Source: Minisyncoccota bacterium
Lineage (GTDB): Bacteria; Patescibacteriota; Minisyncoccia; Phycocordibacterales; UBA2100
Reading direction: 5' to 3'
DNA length: 64,000 bases
NCBI GenBank assembly: GCA_022842645.1
Contig: JALHPE010000001.1
Coordinates: 329,462 to 393,461, forward strand
Part shown: one piece after another, positions 53,309 through 63,924 of the stretch
Layout: each line of letters starts with the position of its first letter
How positions within the stretch are numbered: the stretch's first letter is position 1
The notes under the pieces: generated by a model
The model's input: the letters and a program-made list of their open reading frames with translations, nothing else
Told to the model about the DNA's origin: nothing
Databases searched by the model: none
Made by a program: the position numbers and the translations under genes

Positions 53309-55282
53309 ATGGCGGGAAGGGACCAGAGAGAGCGCAACGAAAACGAAGAACGTATTCGACAGCTACGCGAAGCGATGTATTCGCGCAAACTTGAGCCTCT
53401 CATAAAAGAAAAACCGCGGCGCGAGCTTGAGCTTACGCGTCCGCCCGTGGGTGAAGAGTTTTTGCACGAGGAGCGCGGTGTTCAAAGTGGGGTTGTTGCG
53501 CCAAGCCGCGTGCGTTTTATGCGAGCGCTCATCAACTGGACGCTCGCTGCAGGCGTCGCATTTTTTGTCGGCGCAGCAGGATTCTTTGGGTACTATTTTT
53601 TCATTGGCGGCGGCTCGAGCACCGTCTCGCCGGGGAATATTGATATCTCCGTGTCAGGTCCGCTCCAAGTTTCAAGTGGTTCACCAACCGAGCTCCAGGT
53701 TGCAGTGGTAAATAGAAATCGCACACCACTTGAGCGCGCGGATCTGGTCATCAAATATCCAGACGGCACGCGCTCACCCGTCGATCTCTCAACGGCACTT
53801 AAAGATCAACGCATTCCCCTCGGAAATATTGAACCCGGTGGGCGTCGGCAGGGAACTGTTTCCGCTGTGTTTGCGGGTGTTGAGGGCGACCGTGGTGCGA
53901 TTGTTATAGAACTCGAGTATCGCCTGGAGAACTCGAGCGCAATTTTTGTTGCCTCAACGAACTACCAGATCGTATTTGCTTCTTCGCCACTTTCTTTAAG
54001 TGTTACTGCAAATAACGAAACAGTCTCGGGGCAGCCTGTCGAGTTCAAAATTAATATCGCATCAAACGCGGAATCGGCAGTCAAGGATGCGCTCCTCTCG
54101 ATTGCAACACCGTTTGGATTCTCAATGGAATACGCTGATCCGACGCCGCAAAAAACCAAAGAAGGAAACCTGTGGGTTTTGGGAGATATTCCGCCGGGCG
54201 GAAGAAAAGAAATCACGGTGCGTGGGGCGCTCTCGGGCGAGCAAGGTGATGAGCGCGTCTTTCGCTTTACTGCCGGAACACGCTCGGATCCGAAGGCAAC
54301 AGCCGTGAGCGCGACACTTGCCGATTATGCACACCGCATTACCGTATCGCGTCCGTTCTTGGGGCTTGATGTGACACTTAACAAACCTATTGTTGGGGGG
54401 AGTGCGGTTGTTTCTCCGGGTGAGACGGTCAATGTGGCGATTGCGTATGAGAACAACCTTTCGACCGAAGTGAACGATGCGGTGATTGTGGCGCGACTCT
54501 CTGGCATTGGCATTGATGGCTCGACAGTACAATCGACCGACGGTTTCTACCGCTCAACAGACAAGACGATACTTTGGGACAAAACAACAACACGTGGCGC
54601 GCTCGCCCGGCTTCCTGCTGGAGCAAAAGGCACGTTGAATTTTTCGTTCCAGATGCCTCAGAGCGATGCGCTCGCAAGCGAGCAGAATCCTAAGCTCTCA
54701 CTGAGTGTGCACGCGGCGGGGAGACGCATTTCTGAGAATAATGTGCCAGAAACACTGCAATCGACTGCGACGCAAGACATTCGTCTTGCAAGCGACGTGC
54801 AGCTCATTGCACAGGGCCTTTATTATGCAAATCCATTTGGTTCAACTGGTCCGTTACCACCAAAGGCAGAGCAAGAGACAACCTATGCGTTGGTCTTTAG
54901 CATCACCAACACCACCAATCGTATTAAAGATGCAGAAATGCGCGCGATACTCCCGCCCTATGTGCGCTGGGTAGGAATTTACAGTCCTTCCAACGAGAAA
55001 ATTGTCTTCAATCAAGCCGACAGCTCTGTCACGTGGAAGGTGGGAGCCGTCGAGCCTGGCGTGGGAGTTGATGGTGCTTCGCCGAAGCAAGCAGCAATTG
55101 CGATTGGGTTCACGCCTTCCACCTCACAGATTGGCCAGCAACCGGTTCTTATTCGTGATGTGCGGCTCACGGGGACAGACGAGGCAACGGGAGCCCCGAT
55201 AACGCGAACTTCAGATGATGTGACAACCAACATTCAGGGTGATCCTGGTTTTAGCCCCAACAGCGCAAACGTCGTGCGCTAG
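53309..55282 (+). CDS. large membrane-anchored surface protein (657 aa) with repeated beta-sandwich-like modules
   Basis: Charged N-terminus, TM LAAGVAFFVGAAGFFGYYFFI, then about 500 aa of beta-rich sequence with recurring V-x-V-x-N and GTV/GTL patterns. No catalytic motifs. Confidence 0.45.
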   Translation: MAGRDQRERNENEERIRQLREAMYSRKLEPLIKEKPRRELELTRPPVGEEFLHEERGVQSGVVAPSRVRFMRALINWTLAAGVAFFVGAAGFFGYYFFIGGGSSTVSPGNIDISVSGPLQVSSGSPTELQVAVVNRNRTPLERADLVIKYPDGTRSPVDLSTALKDQRIPLGNIEPGGRRQGTVSAVFAGVEGDRGAIVIELEYRLENSSAIFVASTNYQIVFASSPLSLSVTANNETVSGQPVEFKINIASNAESAVKDALLSIATPFGFSMEYADPTPQKTKEGNLWVLGDIPPGGRKEITVRGALSGEQGDERVFRFTAGTRSDPKATAVSATLADYAHRITVSRPFLGLDVTLNKPIVGGSAVVSPGETVNVAIAYENNLSTEVNDAVIVARLSGIGIDGSTVQSTDGFYRSTDKTILWDKTTTRGALARLPAGAKGTLNFSFQMPQSDALASEQNPKLSLSVHAAGRRISENNVPETLQSTATQDIRLASDVQLIAQGLYYANPFGSTGPLPPKAEQETTYALVFSITNTTNRIKDAEMRAILPPYVRWVGIYSPSNEKIVFNQADSSVTWKVGAVEPGVGVDGASPKQAAIAIGFTPSTSQIGQQPVLIRDVRLTGTDEATGAPITRTSDDVTTNIQGDPGFSPNSANVVR

Positions 55283-55316
55283 CAAATTAAGGCTAAATGC
55301 GCTATACAGAGCCGAT

Positions 55317-56708
55317 ATGACCGAAGTTACGATGGAGAAAATAGTGTCGCTCTGTAAGCGTCGCGGATTCGTATTTCAGGGCTCTGAGATTTATGGCGGC
55401 CTGGCGGGCACGTGGGATTACGGCCATCTCGGTCTCGAGCTCAAGAAGAACATTGAACGCCTTTGGTGGCGTCAGTTTGTGAGCGGGCGCGAGGATATGT
55501 ATGGCGTTGATTCGGCGATCCTCATGAATTCGCGCGTGTGGGAGGCTTCGGGACACGTTGGTGGGTTCAATGACCCTCTCGTCGAGGATAAAAAAACAAA
55601 AAAGAGATATCGTGCCGACCATCTACTCGAGGAGGTGGGTATTGACCCGACCGGCATGACGCTCGCGCAGATGGGGCAGGCTATCGCTGAGAAGAAGATC
55701 ATGAGCCCAGATGGCAATCCGCTCTCTGAGCCGCAGCAGTTCAACATGATGTTCAAGACATCGACCGGCTCTGTTGATGGTGCCGACATTCCTGTCTACC
55801 TCCGTCCGGAAACGGCGCAAGGCATGTTCGTGAATTTCAAGAATACACTTGATGCGTATCACCCGAAGCTCCCGTTTGGCATCGGGCAGATTGGGCGCGC
55901 ATTCCGCAATGAGATCGCCCCGCGCGATTTCATCTTTCGCGTACGCGAGCTCGAGATCATGGAGCTCGAATATTTCGTCAAAGAGGCTGAATGGGAGAAT
56001 GCCTTTGACCACTGGCTCGGAGAGATGCGTGCGTGGTTCGCTTCACTCGGTTTCGCGTCGGAGGATATTAAGGAGGTGGAAATTCCTGATGGCGAGCGCG
56101 CACACTATTCGAAACGCACCGTCGATTTCCACTTCAAGTATCCGCACAAGTTCGACGAGATCGGCGGCCTTGCGTATCGAACTGATTTCGATCTGAAGAA
56201 CCATATCGAGCACTCCGGCGTCGATCTCTCGTATCTTGATCAGGAAAGCAACACGAAACTGGTGCCTCACGTGATCGAGCCAACCTTCGGTCTTGGGCGG
56301 CATGTGATGGCTGTCCTAGCAAAGGCCTACACTGAAGACGACCTTGGAGGTGGTGAGCGCGTGTACCTCAAGTTGCCGAAGCATCTCGCGCCCGTCCGCG
56401 CGGCGGTCTTCCCGCTCCTCAAAAATAAGCCCGAGCTCGTTGCAAAGGCGCGCGAAGTCTACATGGCTCTGAAAAAAGAATCCGCCAACTGGCGGACCGG
56501 AAACATCATGTGGGACGACAACGGAAACGTGGGGAAGCGCTACCGCCGCCAAGACGAGATCGGCACGCCACACACCATCACGATCGATTTCGACACTCTC
56601 GGCGAGAGTGGGGAGGAGAAGAAAGACACCGTCACCGTACGCGACCGCGATACGGGGGAGCAGACGCGAATGAAAATCTCTGAACTCGGCGTTTTTCTTA
56701 GTGAATAG
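55317..56708 (+). CDS. glyQS: glycyl-tRNA synthetase (dimeric alpha2, archaeal/eukaryote-like type)
   Basis: RRGFVFQGSEIYGGLAGTWDYGHLGLELKKNI, class II motif 2/3 (FRNEIAPRDFIFRVRE), and an anticodon-binding C-terminal domain. Confidence 0.9.
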   Translation: MTEVTMEKIVSLCKRRGFVFQGSEIYGGLAGTWDYGHLGLELKKNIERLWWRQFVSGREDMYGVDSAILMNSRVWEASGHVGGFNDPLVEDKKTKKRYRADHLLEEVGIDPTGMTLAQMGQAIAEKKIMSPDGNPLSEPQQFNMMFKTSTGSVDGADIPVYLRPETAQGMFVNFKNTLDAYHPKLPFGIGQIGRAFRNEIAPRDFIFRVRELEIMELEYFVKEAEWENAFDHWLGEMRAWFASLGFASEDIKEVEIPDGERAHYSKRTVDFHFKYPHKFDEIGGLAYRTDFDLKNHIEHSGVDLSYLDQESNTKLVPHVIEPTFGLGRHVMAVLAKAYTEDDLGGGERVYLKLPKHLAPVRAAVFPLLKNKPELVAKAREVYMALKKESANWRTGNIMWDDNGNVGKRYRRQDEIGTPHTITIDFDTLGESGEEKKDTVTVRDRDTGEQTRMKISELGVFLSE

Positions 56709-56726
56709 GGGTGGTATCATGACCCC

Positions 56727-57785
56727 ATGAAAGAAGGGTTCACCATCTCCATCACAACTGGCACCATTCTAAAAACCGCCCTTATCGGGATCGGGCTGTT
56801 TCTTCTCTATTATCTGCGTGAAATCGTACTCGTCGTTCTTACGGCAGTCGTGATTTCCTCTGCGTGCGAGCCGGCGGTGCGCCTATTTATGCGAGCGAAA
56901 ATTCCGCGCCTCATCGCCGTCATCATTCTGTATGTCATTCTCTTCACCTTCCTCTTCGGGATGTTCTACTTCTTCCTCCCCACGGTTCTCAATGATATTA
57001 AAGGGTTTATCGCATCTCTTCCTGCCTATCTTGAGGCGGTAAGTCTCCTCGTAGCTCTTGAGGACTTTGGTTTTCTCTTTGGACTCCCTCCCGAGGCAAC
57101 CTCCAGCGATGTGATCGCCCAGATCAATCAGAATTTAAATCTCGCGAATGTATTTGGAAACTCATTTAGCGCCGCCGCAACTGTGCTCGGAAGCGTTTTC
57201 TCACTCATCCTCATCCTCGTATTCTCGTTTTATTTCACTGTTGCAGAAACCGGTGTCGACGATTTCCTCCGTGTCATTGCGCCGAATAAATATAAACCCT
57301 ATCTCTTAAATCTTTGGTTCCGCGCACGCCATAAAATTGGTCTTTGGATGCAGGGACAGGTGCTTTTGGGGGTGATTGTGGGCGTACTCGTCTATCTTTC
57401 GCTCACCATCATCGGCGTGAAGCACGCACTCCTTTTGGCAGTTTTGGCGGCAGTTCTCGAACTCATTCCTGTCTTCGGTCCGACTATTTCCGCGGTACCT
57501 GCGGTTTTGATTGCGTTCGCTGACGGCGGGGCTACTCTCGGACTCATCGTGATCGCGCTCTATGTAATTATCCAGCAATTTGAAAACCATCTGATTTACC
57601 CATTGGTCGTAACAAAAGTGGTGGGCGTCCCGCCACTTCTTGTGATTCTCGGACTTATCGTGGGGTGGAATGTAGCCGGATTTTTAGGCATCTTGCTTTC
57701 CGTTCCCGTTTCGGCGGCACTCCAGGAATTTGTAAGCGATTGGAGTCGGGGCAAGATATTTGTGAAAGAGGGCGCGGAGGCGTAG
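56727..57785 (+). CDS. AI-2E family transporter (PerM/YdiK-like, UPF0118)
   Basis: 8-TM protein with the …GLWMQGQVLLGVIVGVLVYLSLTIIGV…LELIPVFGPTISAVPAVLIAF… family pattern. Confidence 0.8.
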   Translation: MKEGFTISITTGTILKTALIGIGLFLLYYLREIVLVVLTAVVISSACEPAVRLFMRAKIPRLIAVIILYVILFTFLFGMFYFFLPTVLNDIKGFIASLPAYLEAVSLLVALEDFGFLFGLPPEATSSDVIAQINQNLNLANVFGNSFSAAATVLGSVFSLILILVFSFYFTVAETGVDDFLRVIAPNKYKPYLLNLWFRARHKIGLWMQGQVLLGVIVGVLVYLSLTIIGVKHALLLAVLAAVLELIPVFGPTISAVPAVLIAFADGGATLGLIVIALYVIIQQFENHLIYPLVVTKVVGVPPLLVILGLIVGWNVAGFLGILLSVPVSAALQEFVSDWSRGKIFVKEGAEA

Positions 57786-57795
57786 GGTACTCACT

Positions 57796-59250
57796 ATGGG
57801 TAAGTCATTCTACATAACCACAACGCTTCCGTATGTGAATGCGCCTCCGCATATTGGGTTTGCGCTCGAGATTGTGCAGGCGGATTCTATCGCGCGCTAT
57901 CGCGCGCTCCTTGGCGACGAAGTCTTTTTCAACACCGGCACCGACGAGCATGGCATTAAAATTTATCGTAAGGCGCAAGAAGAAGGGAAAGACACGCAAA
58001 GTTATGTGGATGCCTATGCTGAGCGCTTCAAGCTCTTACAAGAGAGACTGAATCTTTTTCCGGAGCTTCATTTTGTTCGCACCACCGATACACATCATAA
58101 AGCCGCGGCACAGGCGTTTTGGAATCTATGCCTCGCCTCGGGAGACATCTACAAAAAGAACTACAGTGTGAAGTATTGCGTCGGGTGTGAGCTTGAGAAA
58201 ACCGACAGCGAGCTCGAGAACGGCAAGTGCCCAATTCATCCTACTCTCGACATTGAGCTCATAAACGAAGAAAATTACTTTTTTCGTTTCTCGCGCTATC
58301 AAGTCTCGCTTCTCGATCTCTATGCACGCCGCCCTGATTTTGTCGTGCCGGATTTTCGCTTCAACGAGATTCGAGCATTCGTTGCGCGTGGGCTTGAGGA
58401 TTTTTCCATCTCGCGCAGGCGCGAGAAAATGCCGTGGGGCGTGCCTGTGCCGGGAGACGAAGCACAGGTCATGTACGTCTGGTTTGACGCTCTTATCAAC
58501 TACATCTCAACGCTAGGTTGGCCGGAAGACGAAGCGGCGCTCGAGAAATTTTGGGGCATTATCGATTCACCAAAAGCGCTCCAGATTGCGGGGAAGGATA
58601 ACGTGCGTCAGCAAGCAGCGATGTGGCAGGCGATGCTCATTTCTGCGAATCTTCCCTCGACGCGCCAAATTGTGATCCATGGGTTCATCACTTCCGGCGG
58701 GCAGAAGATGTCCAAATCAGTGGGGAACGTAATCGATCCTTACGCGATTATTGATGAGTACGGCACGGACGCCCTTCGTCTTTTCCTTCTGCGGCATATA
58801 CATCCGTTTGAGGACTCAGACTTTACGATGGAAAAATTTAAGGAGAGCTACAATGCCGACCTTGCGAACGGGCTTGGCAATCTCTCTGCGCGAATCCTCA
58901 CGTTGGCTCAGGCGAATCTTGAAAAGCCGATCGAGAAGCCACAGCCGGTTCCCGAGGATTTTCCAGCAGTCTACACCAGCGCTTTTGATCGCTACGACTA
59001 CAACGCCGCGTGCGATTACGTATGGAAACTCATTGGAGAATTGGACAAAGAACTCACCGCCGAGAAGCCATTTTCGGTGGTAAAAGAAGATCCTGAGAAG
59101 GGGAAGGCAATGATTGCCGCGATGACGGCTCGCCTCTACGTAATTGCGCGCCTCTTGCAGCCCATTATTCCTACGACAAGCAACGCTCTCAAAGCTGCAA
59201 TCCTTGCCAACAAAAAGCCAGAAAATTTGTTTCCGAGGAAGGAAAAGTAA
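57796..59250 (+). CDS. metG: methionyl-tRNA synthetase (core enzyme without C-terminal tRNA-binding domain)
   Basis: TTTLPYVNAPPHIGF (HIGH), zinc knuckle CVGCE…C, KMSKSVGNVI. 484 aa, ending after the anticodon-binding domain. Confidence 0.9.
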   Translation: MGKSFYITTTLPYVNAPPHIGFALEIVQADSIARYRALLGDEVFFNTGTDEHGIKIYRKAQEEGKDTQSYVDAYAERFKLLQERLNLFPELHFVRTTDTHHKAAAQAFWNLCLASGDIYKKNYSVKYCVGCELEKTDSELENGKCPIHPTLDIELINEENYFFRFSRYQVSLLDLYARRPDFVVPDFRFNEIRAFVARGLEDFSISRRREKMPWGVPVPGDEAQVMYVWFDALINYISTLGWPEDEAALEKFWGIIDSPKALQIAGKDNVRQQAAMWQAMLISANLPSTRQIVIHGFITSGGQKMSKSVGNVIDPYAIIDEYGTDALRLFLLRHIHPFEDSDFTMEKFKESYNADLANGLGNLSARILTLAQANLEKPIEKPQPVPEDFPAVYTSAFDRYDYNAACDYVWKLIGELDKELTAEKPFSVVKEDPEKGKAMIAAMTARLYVIARLLQPIIPTTSNALKAAILANKKPENLFPRKEK

Positions 59251-59287
59251 AAGGCGAGCCGCGCATTGCAGCTCGCCTTTGTATTAT
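59250..59287 (+). terminator. intrinsic terminator after metG (AAGGCGAGC-loop-GCTCGCCTT + T-run)
   Basis: Seen in sequence directly after the metG stop. Confidence 0.6.
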
Positions 59288-59655
59288 ATAGGCTGTGGAA
59301 CTTTCCACCCGATTCTTTCGATGGGTACGCTACGGCGCCGACGGCGTGTGCGTAACGAAAGACAATATTCACGTTCGCAATAGCATCTTCCATTACTCTC
59401 GCGTCCAACAAATAGATTATACCCCTCTCCTCTTTCAAGGACATCTTGGATTAGTTCGTGCAAAAGTTCGTGGGAGAACAGGAAGCCGTTCTCGTTTTTA
59501 TATTGGATTGCAATTTCACACGGAGTGCGGAATTGAGAATAACTGAGTAGACCTATCACTCTTGCAATTAATCGCCATATCCATCTGATTATTCCGATGA
59601 AGACGATAGTTCCGCCTGCAAAGGTCCAAAGAAGAATCTCTATCCAACTCTGCAT
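59284..59655 (-). CDS. hypothetical small membrane protein (doubtful)
   Basis: Minus-strand ORF with one TM (WIEILLWTFAGGTIVFIGIIRWIWRLIARVIGLL) in a 500-bp gap between metG and tatD. No support beyond ORF length. Confidence 0.3.
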   Translation of the reverse strand: MQSWIEILLWTFAGGTIVFIGIIRWIWRLIARVIGLLSYSQFRTPCEIAIQYKNENGFLFSHELLHELIQDVLERGEGYNLFVGRESNGRCYCEREYCLSLRTRRRRRSVPIERIGWKVPQPI

Positions 59656-59745
59656 CTTTTTTCTCCACGCGGTTGTTGATCTATTGATACTATGCCGTCT
59701 CAAGATCAAATGTCAAATCATACAAGAGCGTGATACTATTTTTCG

Positions 59746-60558
59746 ATGAATTACTACGACTGCCACACCCACGTAAACTTTGTTGCGTTTAAAGATGATG
59801 CGGAGGCAACGATTACGCGTGCCCAAGAGGCAGGTGTGGGCATGATTATGGTCGGCACGCAGTTTGATACCTCAGAGGATGCCGTGCGGGTGGCGGAAGC
59901 GCATGAAGATGTATATGCCGCAATTGGACTCCACCCTATCCACAGCACCAAGTCCTATCATGACGAGAAAGAATTGGGCGAGGGAGGAAAAGAATTTACC
60001 TCGCGAGGTGAGATTTTTGACGCTGCACAATACGAGACTCTCGCCGCTTCGCCGAAGGTGGTTGCAATAGGGGAGTGTGGACTTGATTACTACCGTCTTG
60101 AAGAGGGAACCAAAAAGACGCAGGAAGAGACGTTCGTTCAGCAGATTGAGCTTGCGAATAAGTTGAATAAGCCCCTCATGCTTCATATTCGCAATGCGTA
60201 CGAAGACTCGCTCGCGATCTTGAAAGCGCACGCCAAAGTGAAAGGCGACGTGCATTTCTTTGCGGGGGATTGGCATATCGCGAAGCAATTTCTTGATTTT
60301 GGATTCACACTTTCTTTTACCGGCGTTCTCACCTTTGCGCGCGAATATGACGAGGTGGTGCGTAACGCGCCTTTGAGCATGCTTCTTTCAGAAACAGACG
60401 CGCCCTACGTCGCCCCGAAGCCGTATCGGGGAAAGCGGAACGAGCCAGCGTATGTGGTCGAAGTGGTAAGGGCAATCGCTGAAATCCGAGGAGAGTCGAT
60501 CGAGACCGTGCGCGAGACCTTGGCACAGAATGCGCGGCGGGTGTTTGGACTGAAATAG
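59746..60558 (+). CDS. tatD: TatD-family metal-dependent hydrolase/DNase
   Basis: DCHTHVNF, IGECGLDYYR, and LHIRNAYED…HFFAG motifs of the TatD amidohydrolase fold. Confidence 0.85.
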   Translation: MNYYDCHTHVNFVAFKDDAEATITRAQEAGVGMIMVGTQFDTSEDAVRVAEAHEDVYAAIGLHPIHSTKSYHDEKELGEGGKEFTSRGEIFDAAQYETLAASPKVVAIGECGLDYYRLEEGTKKTQEETFVQQIELANKLNKPLMLHIRNAYEDSLAILKAHAKVKGDVHFFAGDWHIAKQFLDFGFTLSFTGVLTFAREYDEVVRNAPLSMLLSETDAPYVAPKPYRGKRNEPAYVVEVVRAIAEIRGESIETVRETLAQNARRVFGLK

Positions 60559-60644
60559 GATTTAGGCACTTCTGAAGCCAGAAATGGCTTAAACCCTCGG
60601 ATTCTTGCGCTCTCAGGCACCTCGTGCTACAGTGCGCCCCACAT

Positions 60645-61142
60645 ATGACAGAAAAGCACAGCGAAGAAATAATCTCCCGCGTCTATGAGGCGGGCTATCA
60701 CATCGTTCCTTCGGTTAAGGAAGAGGATGTCGATCAGATTGTTGCGAGCATTCGTGCTGAAATTGAGAAACAGGGCGGTTCTCTCATTGCAGAAGGTGCG
60801 CCAAGCCTCATGAAGCTCTCCTACGACATGGAGCAGCGCGTGGGTGAGAAGCTTGTCGGTTACGACCGAGGATACTTCGGCTGGATCAAGTTTGAGGCGG
60901 GTACGCACGCGGCAAAGGCGCTGACTGATGCTCTTAACGCTCACAAGCAGATCTTCCGCTCAATCGTCTTTAAGACTATTCGAGAAGACACGCGCGCAAA
61001 GTACAAGGCGCCGCAACTCCGCGAAGTGAAGCGCACAGACACCCTCAAGGCTGCGCCCCGCAAGGTTGAATCCACTGACGCCGGAGCTCCTGTTTCCGAA
61101 GCCGACCTTGAAAAGGCACTCGAAACACTTACGGCTGAGTAG
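60645..61142 (+). CDS. rpsF: 30S ribosomal protein S6 (with C-terminal extension)
   Basis: YEAGYHIVPSV…GYFGWIKFEAG…IFRSIVFKT matches the S6 fold pattern. Followed by ssb and rpsR (conserved rpsF-ssb-rpsR operon). Confidence 0.75.
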   Translation: MTEKHSEEIISRVYEAGYHIVPSVKEEDVDQIVASIRAEIEKQGGSLIAEGAPSLMKLSYDMEQRVGEKLVGYDRGYFGWIKFEAGTHAAKALTDALNAHKQIFRSIVFKTIREDTRAKYKAPQLREVKRTDTLKAAPRKVESTDAGAPVSEADLEKALETLTAE

Positions 61143-61154
61143 TACAATCTATCT

Positions 61155-61592
61155 ATGTATTTAAATAAGGTTTTGCTGTATGGGAACCTCACGCGCGATC
61201 CTGAGTTGAAAGCGCTTCCTTCAGGTATGAATGTGGTCAATTTCTCCATTGCCACGAACCGCACCTACACAGGAAAAGACGGCAAAAAGCAGGATCAGGC
61301 GGACTATCATAATATCGTCGTCTTCGGTCGCCAGGCAGACATTGTGAATCAGTATTTGAAGAAGGGTCGGGGCGTTTTCATTGAAGGCAGAATCCAGACC
61401 CGAAGCTGGGAAAAAGACGGGCAGAAACAGTACCGCACTGAAGTTGTCGCTGAGCGTGTCCAGTTTGGTCCTGGGCGTGGCGAAGGCGGGGGAGGCGGAG
61501 CGCCTCGTGCCGATGCTCAAGAAGAGGATACGGCACCGAGCGGCATCGACTACCCGAAAGAAGACATTAACCCCGACGACATTCCTTTTTAG
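61155..61592 (+). CDS. ssb: single-stranded DNA-binding protein
   Basis: OB-fold MYLNKVLLYGNLTRDPELKALPSGMNVVNFSIATNR…YHNIVVFGRQAD… and an acidic tail ending …DIPF. Confidence 0.9.
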   Translation: MYLNKVLLYGNLTRDPELKALPSGMNVVNFSIATNRTYTGKDGKKQDQADYHNIVVFGRQADIVNQYLKKGRGVFIEGRIQTRSWEKDGQKQYRTEVVAERVQFGPGRGEGGGGGAPRADAQEEDTAPSGIDYPKEDINPDDIPF

Positions 61593-61626
61593 GATTTAGA
61601 AATTAACGCTTAGAATTTTCAAGACT

Positions 61627-61830
61627 ATGGCACAAAACAACATTCTTACCCAAAATGATATCCGCGTCGTTGATTACAAAGACGTCGATCTTCTCAAGAA
61701 CTTCTTGAATCCACATGGTCGCGTGTTGGATCGTCGGAAGTCTGGTCTCACCGCAAAGCAGCAGCGCGCCATCGAAGAGGCAGTAAAGCGTGCGCGGTTT
61801 ATGGGGCTTTTGCCGTATATCCAAAAATAG
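61627..61830 (+). CDS. rpsR: 30S ribosomal protein S18
   Basis: …[50 protein letters not shown] is near-consensus S18. Confidence 0.9.
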   Translation: MAQNNILTQNDIRVVDYKDVDLLKNFLNPHGRVLDRRKSGLTAKQQRAIEEAVKRARFMGLLPYIQK

Positions 61831-61912
61831 TCTGTAGTGTGTAGACTGTAGTTTGTAGTCAAAATTCCGGCGAAGAGCCGGTATTTTGCATTACTACAGA
61901 CTACAAACTATT
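61829..61912. terminator. bidirectional terminator: GC hairpin CCGGC-GAAGA-GCCGG plus T-run nested in a larger TGTAGT-repeat inverted repeat, between convergent rpsR and efp
   Basis: TAGTCTGTAGTGTGTAGACTGTAGTTTGTAGTC … ACTACAGACTACAAACTA flank the GC hairpin. Confidence 0.55.
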
Positions 61913-61929
61913 TTCTACAAACTTCCCAC

Positions 61930-62496
61930 CTACACCCGCTCCACGTACTCACCCGTCTCGGTATTGATGCGCAGCACGTCACCTTCCTTGATAAACATGG
62001 GGACGTTCATCGTGGTGCCTGTTTCAAGCGTCACAATTTTCGAGCCACCTTGTGCGGTGTTGCCACGAACATCCGGCGGAGCTTCTATAACTTTCAAATC
62101 AATCTTAATAGGGAGCTTTACGCTAAAAATTTTGTCGTCGAATGCATTGGTTTCCACCTCGGTATTTGGCTTCAAAAACTTCCCGCCATCACCCACCATT
62201 TCGTCGGTAAGTATGAAGCGCGCCGATTTGTTGGCTGCTTCGTGGAAGACCCATTCACCCTTGCGTTCGTCATGAAAGACAAAAACCGCTGGCTTCTTCT
62301 CGATTTCGGCCTCGTTTAACTTATCGGACTGCTGGAAGGAGTACTCGATTGAGTTGCCTTTGATGAGGTGGCGGAGCTTGGTCTGGTTAACCGGACGGCG
62401 TTGCTGCTTCTGCATGATGTTATTCCATGTGCAGACGTATGGCTCGCCCTCAACGAGGACGGCGACGCCAGGTTTTATTTCGTTGTAGTTCAACAT
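61930..62496 (-). CDS. efp: elongation factor P
   Basis: Three-domain EF-P pattern. N-terminal KPGVAVLVEGEPYVC… and the conserved loop region. Confidence 0.9.
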   Translation of the reverse strand: MLNYNEIKPGVAVLVEGEPYVCTWNNIMQKQQRRPVNQTKLRHLIKGNSIEYSFQQSDKLNEAEIEKKPAVFVFHDERKGEWVFHEAANKSARFILTDEMVGDGGKFLKPNTEVETNAFDDKIFSVKLPIKIDLKVIEAPPDVRGNTAQGGSKIVTLETGTTMNVPMFIKEGDVLRINTETGEYVERV

Positions 62497-62532
62497 ATCG
62501 GCGTATTCTATGCAGAATTGCCGATTTGTCCA

Positions 62533-62862
62533 CTACTTTTTTCTTTGCTCAAAAGGAAGAATGTCCGCAGTCCCAGCGTACCGCGTATCGACAAGAATGC
62601 GTGCCGCGTCGTGCAGGAATTGAATTGCAGCGTCCTCTTTGAAATCTTGTTCATTCGCACGTAAGTTCTCGAGTATCTGCGCAATTTTTGAAATTTCTTC
62701 ATCAATGAGAGCTCTGCGATCAGAAGAAGGTGTGTTCTGTTGCTCGCGAATAAGCCATGCTCGCCTTCTTTCGAGTTGCTGTTTTAATTGTAGACCGTCT
62801 TTTCCTAGTTGCTCAGCACGTTCTCGACTAAGATCGGGTTTGGGCACATCTTCAGGATTCAT
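62533..62862 (-). CDS. hypothetical helical protein immediately downstream of recA (RecX-like position)
   Basis: 109-aa all-helical charged protein starting 4 nt after the recA stop. Placement resembles recA-recX, but no RecX motif is recognised. Confidence 0.35.
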   Translation of the reverse strand: MNPEDVPKPDLSRERAEQLGKDGLQLKQQLERRRAWLIREQQNTPSSDRRALIDEEISKIAQILENLRANEQDFKEDAAIQFLHDAARILVDTRYAGTADILPFEQRKK

Positions 62863-62865
62863 ACG

Positions 62866-63924
62866 TTATTCTTCTTCGCTTGATACTCCGCGGGGCACGC
62901 CACCGCCCTCAAGTCCTTTACGGATGTCTTTCAAAAGCGCATTCAAGACCGGCTTGTTTTCACGAAGAAAAGTGCGCGCCGCATCATAGCCGCGACCAAG
63001 CTTGTGTTCACCATATTGGTACGAGCCGCCGGACGACTTCTCCAAGAGACCAAGTTTCTCTCCAAGGGCGAGCGATTCGCCTTCTTTGGAAATGCCTTCG
63101 CCGTACATCATATCGAATTCGGTCTGACGAAACGGCGCTGCCACCTTGTTCTTCACAATCTTCACACGATGTCTGCCGCCCATCACCTCGTCGCCCTTTT
63201 TAATTTGTGCGATGCGGCGGATGTCGATGCGGACTGATGTGTAGAACTTCAATGCCTTACCGCCCGGAGTCGTTTCTGGATTTCCAAACATCACTCCAAT
63301 CTGCATGCGGATTTGGTTGATGAAGATAACGACTGTTTTTGTGCGTGAGACGATCGCGGTAAGTTTGCGAAGTGCCTGCGACATAAGACGCGCTTGCTTA
63401 CCGACGTGCTGCGCACCCATATCACCCTCAATTTCATCTTTTGGGGTGAGCGCTGCAACAGAATCGATAACAATGACATCAATTTTTCCGGAGCGTACGA
63501 GAGACTCAGTGATCTCAAGTGCTTGTTCACCGGTGTCTGGCTGCGAGACAAGGAGGGAGTTAATGTCCACACCAAGCTTTTTTGCATATTCTGGATCAAG
63601 CGCGTGTTCGGCATCGATGAATGCGCAGATACCACCTTTTTTCTGAGCTTCTGCGATGCAGTGGAGGGAGAGCGTTGTCTTTCCGCTCGATTCCGGACCA
63701 AAGACCTCAATGATGCGTCCGCGGGGAAGTCCACCAATACCGAGTGCCCAGTCAACACCGATAGAGCCGGTGGGAATCGCGTTCACGTCCACCTTCGGTG
63801 TGTCGCCGAGCTTCATGATAGCCTCATCACCGAACTTTGTTTTTATTTCTGAGAGCGCGCGATCAATGTCTTTATCGGTGCCAGTTCCTACTTCTTTCGG
63901 TGGAGCTTTCGGTTTCTTTTTCAT
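62866..63924 (-). CDS. recA: recombinase RecA
   Basis: Walker [17 protein letters not shown], loops L1/L2, and a near-consensus RecA core throughout. Confidence 0.95.
   Translation of the reverse strand: MKKKPKAPPKEVGTGTDKDIDRALSEIKTKFGDEAIMKLGDTPKVDVNAIPTGSIGVDWALGIGGLPRGRIIEVFGPESSGKTTLSLHCIAEAQKKGGICAFIDAEHALDPEYAKKLGVDINSLLVSQPDTGEQALEITESLVRSGKIDVIVIDSVAALTPKDEIEGDMGAQHVGKQARLMSQALRKLTAIVSRTKTVVIFINQIRMQIGVMFGNPETTPGGKALKFYTSVRIDIRRIAQIKKGDEVMGGRHRVKIVKNKVAAPFRQTEFDMMYGEGISKEGESLALGEKLGLLEKSSGGSYQYGEHKLGRGYDAARTFLRENKPVLNALLKDIRKGLEGGGVPRGVSSEEE

Noticed and set aside
59284-59709. Full-length 141-aa version of the minus-strand ORF between metG and tatD
   Set aside because: The N-terminal 18 codons overlap the probable tatD promoter region. 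A shorter version (start 59655) is retained only as a low-confidence hypothetical. The whole ORF may be spurious.
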